Positions 28,031 to 41,999 are shown, counted from the stretch's first letter. The stretch is 64,000 nt of DNA from the human T2T-CHM13v2.0 reference genome, Homo sapiens (GCF_009914755.1 NC_060929.1); one strand, 5' to 3'. Notes: generated by a model from the letters alone, not told the origin. Made by a program: numbers and translations.

Positions 28031-28609
28031 AATCTTTGTGCTTTTGTTTTCTTCTTGTCCTTGTAAGTGACTTTCCTCCTCTCAGGCAGAGGCGTCCACA
28101 CTGCCTCAAGCAGAAAGATGCGAGCAAAAGAAAAGCAAGAGATTGTCAATGTTCTTGGTGTGTTTTTTGTTTTTTAAACTTTTTAAAAATTTGTTTAAAC
28201 AGATTGTTTAATCTAACAATTAATTGTAAAAACAGATTAATTGTTTAATCTGTTTATACAGATTTTTTTTTAAAGAATTAATCAGGAAAGTATGAGGGTT
28301 TTACACCATACCCAGAGTTTATACCATAAAAATGGAATTGGAAAGAGGATGTGGCTTTCTAGAGGCCTGCATATTATTCATGGTGCACTCAGCCAAGGAG
28401 GCCTCTGTCTGTCTCAAGATTGTACTGACACCTATTCAAAATGATCCACAAAGACACCTACTGCTAATACCATGGTCCAAGACATTCATGACAGCACCAA
28501 CAACCCTCAAAGATGATGAAGGCTTTGATGCCCTGGGGGAGATGGAAACAGGAAGAAAAAGCCCAGCACTAAGACTTGGGCAGGACCTTGTATTCCACTC
28601 TCCTTGTAT

Positions 28610-28745
28610 CTGTGGTGTCCCAACCAGTGGTCACTAGCCATGTGTGGCTATTGAGCACTTGAAATGGGACAAGTGTGACTAAGGAATTGAACTAAATAGC
28701 CACGTGTGGCTAGTGGCTACTGTATTGGATAGAGAGGCTTTAGAG
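28610..28745. mobile_element. MER3/MER33-like hAT-Charlie MITE within an L2 3' end
   Basis: CACTAGCCATGTGTGGCTATTGAGCACTTGAAATG...AAATAGCCACGTGTGGCTAGTGGCTAC, with internal inverted repeats. Confidence 0.8.
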
Positions 28746-29891
28746 AGCCTGACCCAGTCTACCTGATTCTAATGACTATCAGTGTCCAGCATAATTCCTG
28801 ACACATAGTAGTCACTCAATAAATATGTCTGGAATGAATCGGTGATTCACACTGTACAAGTACTAAATACATGTTGACCACTGTTCAAGATGGACGTGAA
28901 GCCTGTCAGCTTCAATGTTCTCTATCTACTGATCTTATAGAAGAGACTGCAGCTTCTATGGAAAAAAAAAAACTATAGGAATTGATTTTTCTAGGGTTGC
29001 CTAATTCCCAAACCATTAACATCAACAGATAGCTAGCTATTGGGCCTGACAATCACTATACTGCTTTGAATCTGCAAGCATTTAAACCAGGTTTGCCAAA
29101 GATTTAAATTACTTCCTTTGTAACACTGGGAACAAGTTAGGTAACATGCTTTCTTACTTCTTCTCGTTAGTTCAGTGTTATTGTATATTATACGTGTAAC
29201 CTAATTGTCCCAGATGTCTGTGGATAGAGACAAGGTCACATTAATATTGAAATCACAGCGCTGCAGCAGTTCAGCATCTCTTCATGTCTCTCTGGTATTC
29301 TTACCAGTATTTCTGCTGCTGCTGCTTTGTAATAGAACACTCTCCAACTGGACAAAGGCTTCTTGCTCTGGGAGCCGCCCCAAGCCCTCAGATGGCCCAG
29401 CCTTCAAGAACACCCTCAGCCCAAGGCTGAGCTCCATTTTGCTTCCTAGGCCCTGAAGCAGCTGTCTATGTTCCAAGTCTCATTACAGGTTTTATATTTC
29501 TTTGTTTCATTTCATTTTGCTTTGCGTTAATGAACAAATAAACCTTTGAGCTTCTGGCTCACCCCAGTCTTCTGAGGCTCAAAAGCAGTTCATCAAGCCA
29601 AAAGACTAGGCTGAATCAAGTAGTCAACAAATACTTGTGGGCTCTACCATGTGTAAAACTTCTATCTTTTTCAACTGGTAGATACTGAATCCACACCATA
29701 ACACTTAATATCTAGACATCTTGCCATACTCCTACCTTCCATGTCCCGTTCTTTCATCCTGAAAACCTGCAACTCCTGTGCATCTCAGTCCGTGGAGATA
29801 CAGACCCATTCAGGATCACCAGTTACACAAGCAGACAGATGCCAAACCAGATTGGGTGCAGCTGGGAATCAGTACAAATCATTCCTTTAAT

Positions 29892-30075
29892 CCAGAGGCT
29901 GTCAACCCTTCCTGAGGATCAGAATCACCTGCAGGGCTTGTTAAAACACAGATTGCAGGGCCCCACTCCCAGAGTTTCTGATTTAGTCTTGGTTGTGACC
30001 CATGATGTTGCATTTCCAACAAGTTCCCAGGTGATACTGGTACTCATCTGAGAAAAACACTTGGAAAACCATTGC
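29892..30075. mobile_element. MER5A
   Basis: CAGAATCACCTGCAGGGCTTGTTAAAACACAGATTGCAGGGCCCCACTCCCAGAGTTTCTGATT. Confidence 0.85.
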
Positions 30076-31735
30076 CTTAATTATTTAGTGGCTAGCTTTC
30101 TGGGGGGAAAAAAAGAAGCATATTTGGATCGGATGTATGATAGTCCTCCAACTTCATCTTAGCTTTCACATGCCCTAAAACATTCCTCAGTAAAGATCTT
30201 TCTTGCCTTAATCCAAGAAGACAACAAGTCTGAAATATGAGAGTTCTTAATACCTTCATTCTCAGTTCTAAAAAAAAAAAAATCAGCTCGTTTAGGGTTT
30301 CTGTAAGCTCCTGGGCAACTTGGTTTGTAGGTGGTAGAAAGCAGTGATTCACTGCTTTCTGTCAAGGCATTGAGTCATTTAAGTAAATCTTACTGTAAAG
30401 ACTTGACTAATTAGGTGGAGCTCTATCTGCCGTGTGAGCCCATAAGAGTCCACTGTCAGATGGAGAGTGTTATTCCAATGATATAACATAAATTACTGCA
30501 AAACAATGTAAAACAGAAAACAACTCATTTTCTTTTCATCATTTGGATAAAATTTCCCAAAAGCCACCAAACATTTACTTAGTTCAATTAATCCATTAAC
30601 AAATCCAGTTATAATACAGATGTTTTATCCACAGGACAGTCAGCTGGATGAAATGTTCACTATCACCAGATGTTTTGCTGTCAGGAAGATACAGCATCAC
30701 TTGAAATGTTTTAAGAACCTGGATTTTTCTCTGTATTTAATCACTCTTCTGGTCAATAAATTCTACTTTCAGTGTAACAAAACTTCAGTATGGCAATTTA
30801 AACTCCTTTCTCCTCGTTTCTGTCTTGTGTATCGGTAATGAGCAATAGTGTTAATTATCTATCAGTAATTATTCTTAGTTTATTTGAAGACAGTCACTCT
30901 TTATCTTTTTCATGCAAAATTACCTCCAGCCCCTTTTTAAATTTCCCTCATAGATCCTAATTTCAGCCCTTAATTTGTTCATAACTGTTCTCTAGGCTCT
31001 ATTTTTTCAAGGCCCTTCTTTGAAAGCTCAGACGCAAATTGGGAATCCCTTGCTCCTAACTGACGTGCCCTCATCACATGGGTGCTGAGGTGAGGGCTCC
31101 TACTCCAGGCTCTTCAAGGAGCCTCTGGAATTCCTGGATGCCCCAGCCTCGTTCTGCTAAATCTCCCACCCATGACTTGGCAAAACTTTGCATCCGCACC
31201 TCCTCAGGTTTGAGGAACATGGTGGTGTTGCAGGGTTTTGTTTTTAATAGTTAATTTAAGAAATATCAATGAATTCAAAGAGGCTACTAGTTTTATACAA
31301 ATTGATTCAGTTCACAGTTAAGTGAAACTAACATTGCGTCCAATTAATGAATGCAGCTCTGCTTGGTTCATTTTCATTTGGGGTACACTTTAGTTTAAGG
31401 TGAGTTTTACATAAATGAAAGTTAAGACAGCTCTCATGGATATGTGATGAAAATCATAATTATCTTTTTAACTGTGAGAAACTATGGCTCTAGGCTACCC
31501 CTAGGGAAGAATCAAGCTATAGATAACAATGGCAGTGTCCTTCATTCTAATCCTCACCTACCCACTTAGTTACTGAAGCCTGAGGCCCTCCAGCCTCCTT
31601 TCTTCCAGCAGATTCTCAAATCTCTGGACAGCAGTTGTCATTTTTTAAAAAATGATTCTGCTAGTTATGATAGAAGAGGATGAAGTTCTCTCCTCACAAA
31701 TCACACTTAGATTGGCAATTATCAACCTTGGCTGC

Positions 31736-32270
31736 TATGTCAGTTATTGCTGAATAGCAAGTTTCCCCACAGCTTGGTGGCTTCATTCACCATTTGTTAC
31801 CTCACAGGTTTTGTGGGTCAAGAATCTAAGTACAGCTTAGATTGTGGATCCTCTAGCTGTGGGTCTCTCGCAAGGCTGCAATCACTGAAGACTCTCCACT
31901 TCCCAGTTCACTCACATGATTGTTGGCAGAATTTAGTTTCTCATGGGTTGTTGGTCTGAGGTCTCAGTTCCTACTGACCTTTTGGCTGGAGACCCCCCCT
32001 TAGTTCCTTACCGTACGGCCTCTCCATAGAGTACCTTGCATCATGGGGGCCTGCTTCAAGGGCCAGAAGCAAGAGGGCAGGAGACCAACAGTACCAGTCA
32101 CATGACCGCTGTAGACTTTAGTAGTGGAATTATAGAAGTGGTATCCCATCACTTTTGCTGTTTTCTGTTTGTTAGAAGCAAGTCACTAGGTCCAGCCCAC
32201 ACTCAAAGAGGGGATTACACAAGAGCAAGAAAAACCAGAGTCAGGGACTATCGGGGTTCTGCCTACCACT
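31736..32270 (-). mobile_element. MLT1F-like LTR inserted in a MER5 fragment
   Basis: TTAGAAGCAAGTCACTAGGTCCAGCCCACACTCAAAGAGGGGATTACACAAG; flanks GCTGC/ACTGC; MER5 halves AACCTTGGCTGC and ACATTAGAATCAC. Confidence 0.8.
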
Positions 32271-33272
32271 ACTGCACATTAGAATCACATGGGCATGGGG
32301 GAGGAGCACTTAAACACCCATGCCCACCCTGCACCCCAGACCATTTAAATTAGTTTTTATCCATGAATAAGGTATAACTTAGATATAGTAACAAAAGTAC
32401 ACAGTTGTTTAATTACCACAACAATCATAATATAGATTATTTCAATAACCCAGATAATTCCCTTGTACCCTTTTATAGTCAATCCACTTCCCTACTCCAG
32501 CCCCTGGTAACCACTAATCTACTTTCAGTCACCACAGTTTTGCCTTTTCTAGAATTTCATGGAAGTAGAATCATATAGTACATAGTCTTTTGTGGTTTTT
32601 ACTTAAAAGAACGCTTTTGAGATTCATCGATGTAGTTGCATGTATCAGCAGTTTGTTCCTTTTTTGTTATTGAGTAGTATTTCATTGCAAGTATCTATGA
32701 TCATTTATTTGTCCATAAATCGGTTGATAGACTTTGGATTGGTGTTTGGCTGTCATAAATAATGCTGCTATGAACACATGAATATAAGTCTTTGTGTGAA
32801 CATACATTTTTGTTTCTCTTGAATAAATACCTAAGGGTAATTGTGGGTCACATGGTAAGTGTATGTTTAACTTCACACAAAATTACCAAACTGTTTTCCA
32901 AAGTGGCTACTGCATTTTGCATTCTGACCAGTAATGTATGTGAGTTCCAGCTGATCCACACCCTCACCAACACTTGGCAGGCTTTTAAACTTTAGCCATT
33001 CTGATGAGTGTGAAGTGATATTTCATTGTGGTTTTAATTTGCATTTCCCTAATGACTAATGATATTAAGCATCTTTTCATGTCCTCTTTTTTTTTTTTTT
33101 GCAAATATTTTGCCCATTCTTTAAAAATCTGGAGTGTTTGTCTTCTTATTATTGAATTGTAAGTGTTCTGTATATTATCTGGATACAAGGCATTTAACAG
33201 ATCTATGTTTAACGAACATGTTTTTCAAGTCTGTGTCTTGCCTTTTCATTTGCAGGACAGTGTCTTTTAAAG

Positions 33273-33789
33273 CAGGGGTCCCCAAACCCCAGGCCATGTT
33301 CCTGTCAGGAACCAGGCTGCACAGCAGGTGAGCAGCAGGCAAACAAGGGAAGCTTCATCTGTGTTTATAGCTGCTCCCCATCACTTGCATTACTGCATTA
33401 CCACCTGAGCTCCACCTCCTGTCAGATCAGTGTTGGCATTAGATTCTCACAGGAGCACAAACCCTATTGTGAACTGTGCATGCGAGGGATCTAGGTTGTG
33501 TGCTCCTTATGAGAATCTAATGCCTGATGATCTGTTACTGTGTCCCATCGTCCCCAGATAGGACCGTCTAGTTTCAGGGAATCAAACTTGGGGCTCCCAC
33601 TGATTCTACATTATGGTGAGTTGTATAACTATTTCATTATATATTACAATGTAATAATAGAAATGAAGTGCCCAATAAATATACTGCACTTGAATCATCC
33701 CGAAACCATCTCTACCATCCCCCCAGCTCCCCAGTCTGTTTGTCTTCCACGAAACTGTTTCCTGCTGCCAGGAAGTTTGGGGATCACTG
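33273..33789. mobile_element. MER1A (hAT-Charlie)
   Basis: CAGGGGTCCCCAAAC...TTTGGGGATCACTG with a perfect 8-bp TSD TTTTAAAG. Confidence 0.92.
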
Positions 33790-36424
33790 TTTTAAAGAGC
33801 AGTTTTTTTATTTTAATGGAGTCAAATTTACTTTTTTTTTTCCTTTATAGTTTGTGCTTTTTGTGTCCTAAGAAATCTTTGCCTAATGTGAGGTCACAAA
33901 TATTTTTTCCTATGTTTTCTTTGAGAAGTTTTATAGTTTTAGCTCTTACATTAAGGTCTATGATCCATTTTGAGTTAATTTTTATGGGTGATGTAAGGTA
34001 AGGGCCACGTTTCTTTTCTTTCCTTATGAATGTCCAGTTGTTCTACATGATTATTTCACTACCGAATTCCTTTGGTACTTTTATTGAAAACCAGTTGACC
34101 GTACATTAGTGAGTGTGTTTATGGACTCTGCTATGATCCATTGATTTAAATGCCTATTCTTACATAAATATCATATTTTCTTATTGTAGCTTTGTAGTAA
34201 GTCTTAAAATCAGTTAGTGTAAGGTGTCCAACTTTGATCTTTCTTTACAAAATGTTTTGTCTGGTACAAGCCACTTGCATTGCCTTATAAATTTTAGAGA
34301 GAGCTTGTATATTTCTACAAAAAGACTGCTGAGAGTTTGGGATTGCATTGAATCTATACAGCAATTTGGAAAGAATTGACATCTTTACAAAATTAAATGT
34401 TCTAATGCATAAGCATGGTATACTTCTCCATTTTACATCTTTTTAAGTTTCTTGCTGCAATGTTTTACAATTTTCATTGTACAAATATTGTACATATTTT
34501 GTTAAATTAATATGTAAGTCTTTCATATGTTAGTGCTGTTATAAATGCTGTTGGATTTTTTAAGTTTAATTTCCAAATGTTCCTTAATAGTGTTTAGAAT
34601 TACAATTGATTTTGTATATTAGCTTTGTATTCTATAACCTTGTAAAAATCACTTATTTGTACTAGTAGCTATCTTTTTACATTTTTTAGGACTTTTTACA
34701 CGGCCTGTTTCACTGCTTCCTTCCTAATACATATTTTATTTCTTTCTACTGTCCATTGTAATTTTACTGCTTTCTTTCCAATCTATATGCCTTTTATTTC
34801 TTTTCTTGCCTTTCTGCATGATTTTAAGCATGATTTTAGCTGTAGAGTTTTTTGTACATGCCCTTTATCAGGCTAAAGAAGTTCCTTTCTATTTCTATCT
34901 GGCTGTGAGTTATTATTCTTAGATGCTGGATTATGTCAAATCTTTTCCTGACATCTATTGAGATCACCATATGTTTGGTTTTTCAGTTTGTTTTTAGTTT
35001 GCTAATATTGTGGGTTACATTAATTGATTTTCAAAGTTAAACTAACATTACATTCTTGGAATGATATCCACATGGTCACGATATATTATACATTGTATAT
35101 ATAGCTGGGTTTAATTTGCTAAAATCTTATTAAAATTTTATTATTGTTGGACCTTTATTTAAGAGGGATATTAGTTCCGTTGCTTTCCTTTCTTTGAATG
35201 TTTTTGTTTTGGTATTAAAATTAAGACAATGCTGACTTCTTAAAATGGAAATACTAGAATAGAATTTGTATTATTTCTTTCTTAAGTGTTTGGTAGAGTT
35301 CATCAATGAAACAGTCTAGGTTTGACATTTTCTTTGTGAGAAGGTCAAATTACAAATTCAGTTACTTTTCTAGATAGACTGTTCAAATGGTCTACCTTTT
35401 GGATGAGCTTTGATTATTTTTATCTTTCAAGGAATTGATCCTACTAATCTAAGTTGTCAAAATTATTGGTAAAAATTATGCATAATATTTTCTTATCCTT
35501 TTAACATTCATAAGATAACTCTTGATATTGGTAATTTGTGTTATATATTTTTAAAGTAATCAGTCTGGCTAGAGCCTTATCAATTTTATTGATCTTTTCA
35601 ATAACCACATTTTTGTTTCACTGATTTTTCTCCAGTTTTTTTTTTTGTTTCATTTATTTCTGCTCTTGTCTTTTTATTTCTTTTATTCTACTTATTTTAG
35701 TTACAATTTGCTCTTATTTTTCTTGTTTATTAAGATGAGAAGCTTAGATAATTAAATTGAGATCTTTTATCTTTTCTAACATAAGCATTTAATGCTATAA
35801 ATTCCCCTCCAAGGACATTTTAAACTGCATCCCACACATTTTGATATTTTTTGTTTTCATTTTTATTCCATTTAAAAATATTTCTCATTTCTCTTATAGT
35901 TTCTTCTTTGTTTTCATTTGTTATTTAGAAGTATTGTATAATTTCTAAATATTTGACCATTTCCCAGATATCTTTTTGGTATTTATCTCTAGTTTCATTC
36001 TTTTGTGGTCAGAAAACATATGTCATGTGACTTCAATTTATTAAAGACTTGTTTTGGCTCAGAATATTATCTATTTTGGTGAATTTCAATGTGTGCTTTA
36101 AAAATATGTATTCTGCTATTATTGGGTGACTATTAAACATAGTTTCAAACAGAATCAATTATGTTAATTTGTTGATGGTGTTGATTAAGTCTTCTATACC
36201 TTTATTATTTCCTGTTTACTTGTTTTATCAATGACTAAGATTAGAATTTTAAAATCTCCAATATAATTTTGGTTTTATCTATTTCTTCTTTTGGTTCTAT
36301 CAGTTTTATTATACTTCATGTATTTTGAAGGTCTATTATTATATGCATATACCTTTAGGATTTTTATGTCTTTCTGTGAATTATCCTCTCCTTACTATGA
36401 AATGTATTATTTCTTGCTCTAAAG

Positions 36425-36655
36425 TAGGACTGTCCAATCTTTTGTCTTCCCTAGACCACACTGGAAGAAGAATTGTCTTGGGCCACATATAAAATACACT
36501 AACAGTAAAAATAGCTGATGAACTAAAAAAAGAAATAGCAAAAAAAAAAAAAAAACCTCATAATGTTTTAAGAAAGTTTACAAATTTGTGCTGGGCTGCA
36601 TTCAAAGCCATCCTAGGCTGCATGCAGCCCACAGGCCATGATTTAGACAAGCTTG
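36425..36655. mobile_element. MER30 (hAT-Charlie)
   Basis: TGTCCAATCTTTTG...GGAAGAAGAATTGTCTTGGGCCACA...GACAAGCTTG with a perfect 8-bp TSD CTCTAAAG. Confidence 0.92.
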
Positions 36656-37497
36656 CTCTAAAGTCTATTTTGTCTGATACTAACACAGCTATTCTGGCTT
36701 TTTGTACTTAGTGTTTGCATGGTAAATATTTTTCAATTCTTTTACTCTTAACCTATTTTTGTCTGTACATTTAAAGTTAGTTTCTTTTTTTTTTTGTAAA
36801 GGCATCACACAGTTGGGTCTTGCTCTTTTTCTTAAAATCTCTGCCTTTTAATTAAAGTACTTAGGCTATTTACATTTAATGTAATTATTTCTATGGATGG
36901 GCTTAAATATAATATTTGACTATTTGTTTTTATGTTTGTTCTATCTACTCATTTCTTTTCTATTTCCAGTCTTCTTTTAGATTAATACTTTTTAAATGAT
37001 TTCATTTTATTTCCACTCTTGGCTTCTTAGTGATACCTGTTTGTTTTATTTATTTTTAATGGTTATTCTAATGTTTACAGTATACATTTTTATTTTATCA
37101 AAGACTAATGTCAAATAATATTATACCATTTTACATATGGTTTATGAACCTTGTACCCGTTACTTGCACTTCTGTACTTTCACTATGTGTAATTGTTGCT
37201 ATAAATTTTACTTCTTCATATGGTTTGTTTTACATGTTTAGAATATTTTTTTTTTACTTTAAACAGTCAATATTTTTTGTATACGATTTTTAAAAAGAGA
37301 TAAAAGCAATATTTTGTATTTACTCACATACTTACCATTTCTGGCTCTCTTTAGTACTTTATGGATTTCCATCTGGTATCATTGAACTTCCTTTAATTTT
37401 GCTTATAATTCATGTTTGTTGGTAATGAATTTTAGTTGTTTAAAATATCTCTAGTTTGCTTTCAAATTTGAAGATATTTTTATGAGTAAAGATTTTT

Positions 37498-37800
37498 TAT
37501 TTTTATTTAAATTAGTTTATTTTTAATTTTTGTGGCTACATAGTAAGTGTGTATATTTATGGGGTACATGAGATGTTTTAATATAGGCCTGCAATGCGTA
37601 ATAATCACATCATGGAGAATGGGGTATCCAACCCCTGAAGCATTTGTTCTTTGTGTTACAAACAATCCAATTACATTATTTTTAAAGGTACAATTAAGTT
37701 GTTATCAACTATGGTCACCCTGTTGTGGTATTAAATAGTAGGTCTTATTCATTCATTCTAACTATATTTTATACTCATTAACCATCCCCACCTCCCCAGG
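37498..37800 (-). mobile_element. 5'-truncated L1MA 3' end
   Basis: TATATTTATGGGGTACATGAGATGTTTT...AATCACATCATGGAGAATGGGGTATCC; TSD AAAGATTTTT. Confidence 0.85.
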
Positions 37801-39168
37801 AAAGATTTTTAGATTGACATTTTGTTCTTTTCATATGTTAAAGATGGCTTACCATTGTCTTCTGACTTGCATAGTTTCTTGTAAGAAGCTTGATACCATT
37901 CTTGTCATTATCCCTTTTTACATATCTTTCTTCTCTGGCTACTTTAAAAAATTTTTTCTTTATCAATTGATTTTAGTAATTTAATTATAATGTGGCAAAG
38001 TATATTTTCTTTATTTCATTCTGCTTGAATAAATTGAGCTTCTTGAATCTGAAAGTTTATAGGTTTTATTAAATTTGGAAAATTTTGACCATTGTTTAAA
38101 TATTTTTTGTTCCCTCCCCTCTTTTTTTCTGAGGCTCTAATTACACATATATTGGCCCACTTGATAGTGTCCCACAGGTCACTATTACCCTCTTCTTATT
38201 TTTTCATTTGTTTTTCTGTTTCATTTTGGTTATTTCCATTATTATGCCTTAAAATTTATTGCTCTTTCCTTTTCAGTGTCTATTTACTATTAATTCTACA
38301 CAGTGTATTTTTTATTTAAGATGTTAGTTTTTTTCTTCAGTAGTTTATTTGGATCTGTTTTATATAATTAATTTTTTTCTCCATATCATGGTCATGTTTT
38401 CCTTTATCTTCTTAAACATATACAGGATATTTATAATAGCTGTTCTAACATTTTTTTTTTCAGATTCTTGTCTGCTAGTTCCACCATCTCTGTCATTTCA
38501 GGCTATTTCTGTTAATCGAGTTTTCTCATGCATTTAGTTCTTATTTTCCTACTTTATTGTAAGCCTGTTAATTGGTTATTGGTTACATTGTTGATTGCTG
38601 GATTTTGTGGTATTCTTTTTAATAGTGTTGGATTTTTGTCCTGGTGTACAATTAATTTACTTGGAATCATTCGAATCTTTTAAAGACTTCATTTTAAGTT
38701 TTGCTAAATTAAAAGAGTGGCCTTTAGTAGTATGGGGCTAAAGAATATCTGATTCCATCCTACAACTTATAGATTATGAGTACTTTCCACTCTTACTCTG
38801 TATAAACTCTGGGAATTGTTCTGCCTAAATATCCTGATGGTTATTTTCCTGGCCTCAGATAGTTTCTGCTCAGACACACACAGATGGGTATGCAGCCAAA
38901 GACTCAAGAGGACCCCTCTATAGATCTCGTGAGCTTTTTCTCTGGGCAACTAGTACTTTGACCAACAATATTTTACTGCCTCAGCCTCCCTGAACTCCTC
39001 TTCCTGTGTTTTTACCTCAAAGAGACTACTGAATTTTGATTTCCTCATCTCTGCACTGCAGTCTAAATTGCCTCCTAAGCAATAAACTGGTACAATTATT
39101 CAGCTGACCTTATTTGTTTACCCTCTGTCAGGAATCACAGTCTCTTGATATCTGCTGTTCAACATCTG

Positions 39169-40114
39169 TGTAGTAGGCACCTTCTAAGATGGCCCCTAAT
39201 GATCCCAGCTGTTATGGTTTGGCTCTGTGTCCCCACCCAAAACTCACCTCGAATTGTAATCCCCACAGGTCAAGGGAGGGACCTGTAATCTCCATGTGTC
39301 GAGGAACGGAAGTGATTGGATTATGGGGGTAGTTTCCTGCATGCTGTTCTTGTGATAATGAGTGAATTCTCACAAGAACTGATGGTTTTATAAATAGTAG
39401 TTTTTCCTGTGCACTCACATTCTCTCCTGCTGCCATGTGAGAAGTCCCAGCTTGCCTCCCCTTCACCTTCCACCATGATTGTAAGTTTCCTGAGGCATCC
39501 CCAGCCATGAGGAACTGTGAGTCAACTAAACCTCTCTTCTTTATAAATTACCCAGTCTTGGCTATTTCCTTAGAGCAGTGTGAGAACAGACTAATACACC
39601 AGCCTACTGGCATTTGTACTTATATAACCCCCTCCTCTTGAGAGTGGGCTGGATCAAGTGACTAACAAATAGAATAAAGCAAGTGTGATAGGATGTTACT
39701 TCTAAGATTAGGTTACAGAAGGCTGTGACCTAACTTGCAGCAGACTCATGCTGGCTTTTGATGAGGCAAGCTGCCATGTTGTAGAGGACCAGATGGCAAG
39801 GAACTGAGGGCAGCCTTTGGCAAACAGCCAGCGAGTAACAGAGGCCCTCAGTCCAGTGGCCCACAAGGAACTGCATCCTGCCAACAACCACCTGAGTGAG
39901 CTTAGAAATGGATCCTTTTCCAGTTGAGCATTCAGATGAGACCACAGCACTGAATGCCTTGATTGCAGCCTTATGAGAGACCCTGAGCCCAAGGACCGAG
40001 TTAAAACATGCCTGGATTCCCGAACCACAAGAATGGTGAGACAAAAAATTGTGTGTTGTTTCAAGCTGCTAAGTTTTGGAGTAACTTTTTACTCAGCAAT
40101 GGATAACTAATTTC
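39169..40114 (+). mobile_element. MLT1E/F-like LTR interrupted by a THE1D-like LTR
   Basis: Starts TGTAGTAGGC...CTAAGATGGCCCCTAATGATCC; internal CATCCTGCCAACAACCAC; ends GCAATGGATAACTAAT; probable TSD ATCTG. Confidence 0.85.
39210..39598 (+). mobile_element. THE1D-like MaLR solo LTR
   Basis: TGTTATGGTTTGGCTCTGTGTCCCCACCCAAA...GAACAGACTAATACA with a perfect 5-bp TSD CCAGC. Confidence 0.9.
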
Positions 40115-40390
40115 ATCTGAAAATCATTATTTTATATATTGTGTCTGTTTTTGTCCTGTCATTTAAGATACAAGGATAAATGAGGTCTTTGTTACTCTAT
40201 CTAGGTCAGAAAGAAGTCCCAAACCATTCAAATTAATATCTCTAAAGACAGGACCAAGATATTAATAGTTTGTAAAGCTTTTCAGATGATTTCAATATAC
40301 AGTCAACTACAAAAGCCACTGTCTTAAATCAGTGATTCATAACCTTTAATGTTTATGTGAATCACCTGGGAATCTTGTTAAAATAAAAAT

Positions 40391-40664
40391 CCTGTAATCC
40401 CAGCACTTTGGGAGGCCGAGGTGGGCGGATCACCTGAGGTCAGGAGTTTGAGACCAGCCTGACCAACATGGTGAAACCTCGTCTCTACTAAAAATACAAA
40501 ATTAGCCAGGCATGGTGGCAGGCACCTGTAATCCCAACTACTTAGGAGGCTGAGGCAGGAGAATTGCTTGAACCTGGGAGACAGAGGTTTCAGTGAGCCA
40601 AGATCACGCCATTGCACTCTAGCCTGGGCAACAAGAGCGAAACTCCTTCTCAAAAAATAAAAAC
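40391..40664 (+). mobile_element. 5'-truncated AluSq/Sp inserted in a MER5 (about 40330-40785)
   Basis: Starts at CCTGTAATCCCAGC; diagnostics CCTGACCAACATGG and GGGCAACAAGAGCGAAACTCC; TSD AAAATAAAAA(A)TCCTG. Confidence 0.92.
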
Positions 40665-41999
40665 AAAAATAAAAAATCCTGATTCAGTAGGTCTGTAATA
40701 GGACCTGGGATTTTGCATTTACAACAAACTCCCAGATCATGCTGATGCTGCTGGTTTGTGGACCACATCTTGAAGAGCAAGGATTTAGATTATTGAGTGC
40801 CTTCTGTTTATTTCATCTGTTGAGAAACTTTAAGTTTCTTAACATCTGTACCAAAAGATATTTGAGTAGCTTTACTCTCTAATTCAAAAACACAACTCTC
40901 CATTATTGAGTGTCTCATTAAGTTATTAATTCAGCAAATATATTTTTTATATTTCTTGTATGACAACCTCTTTGCTAGATGAATGAGACACGGCCCCCTA
41001 TCCCTTGTGATCTGCAGCCATTCTCAGTTTAATGGATAAAGCAGACATGTAAGGCAGTACTTTATAATGCAGGCAGATAAATGCAAAACTAGAAGCACAA
41101 ACTAATTATGAACTCTCTGTTAGGGTGCAATGATCAGGGAGTCTTTTGAAGAGGTGATGTTAAATTAGGTTTGGAGATATGAATGGCCTTCCCAATGTGT
41201 GAGTTGGAGAGCGATGTTCGAAGAGAGTAAATACTAGGACTTCCAGCTCTGCTTCCTCTCACTGCTGGAGAGCCTTAATCTTAGTGTCTCAGGTCTGGAT
41301 TTTGAGGCCTTAGGCCCAGATAACTGTTTGCTGTCATGCAAATTGGATTCTTGGTGGTCTTCACTGAAGTCTTAGAACCTGGAGATAGATAGGCAGATTA
41401 CACCTCACTGTCTTCACCCTCTGTGTTTAAGCAAACAAATTTAAGAGATATTATCTTACTTTTAGTCTCAAGTTGGTTTTATTATCAAAAAGTTTCAACT
41501 GTCAAAAATTAACATTTTTATCTCTACTCATTTTATCAGAGTGGAGTGTAGGGGCGGGGAGTGGAACAGATAGACAATGCATGCTTCACATTTATTTTAT
41601 ACTTATCAGTGTTTCTGACTGTTCCTATCAGGAGAAATATATGTTGTGAAACTTCTTTCAACGCCCTTCCAAAATATTTCAGATTAACAAATGAAAGTAA
41701 TAGATGACCCTAACTATGCAGAAAGCAAAGCAGAGAAGTTTAAGCTTTTCTCTACTGGGACCATAGGTAAGAGACTGTTAGCTTCCTTTGTGCAATGTAG
41801 GCTTATGAACTAAGCTAGAGTTTTTCCCCTTGAGGTGGAAAAATCAGTCCCTCTGTATCTCTCCACAATTTCTCAGTAAAGATTGGAGAGAAGAACAGTA
41901 CTAGGTCCTCCCCACAGTTAGAACCTGAGGCCTCTTTGCTGTTCCTACACTGAGCCTAAACTCAGTGCGGCTAAGGGAATAAAATGTATACTTTCTAAG

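Larger units (their letters stand above)
32350..40220 (-). mobile_element. Long ancient L1 (L1MD/ME-like), 3'UTR through 5' region, with nested younger elements
   Basis: Continuous antisense L1. ORF track pieces on - resemble the ORF2 C-terminus (KLNIHLPCDP...LGIYSRETKMYVHTKT; MKRCLISLVIREMQIKTTMKYHFT). Confidence 0.85.
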
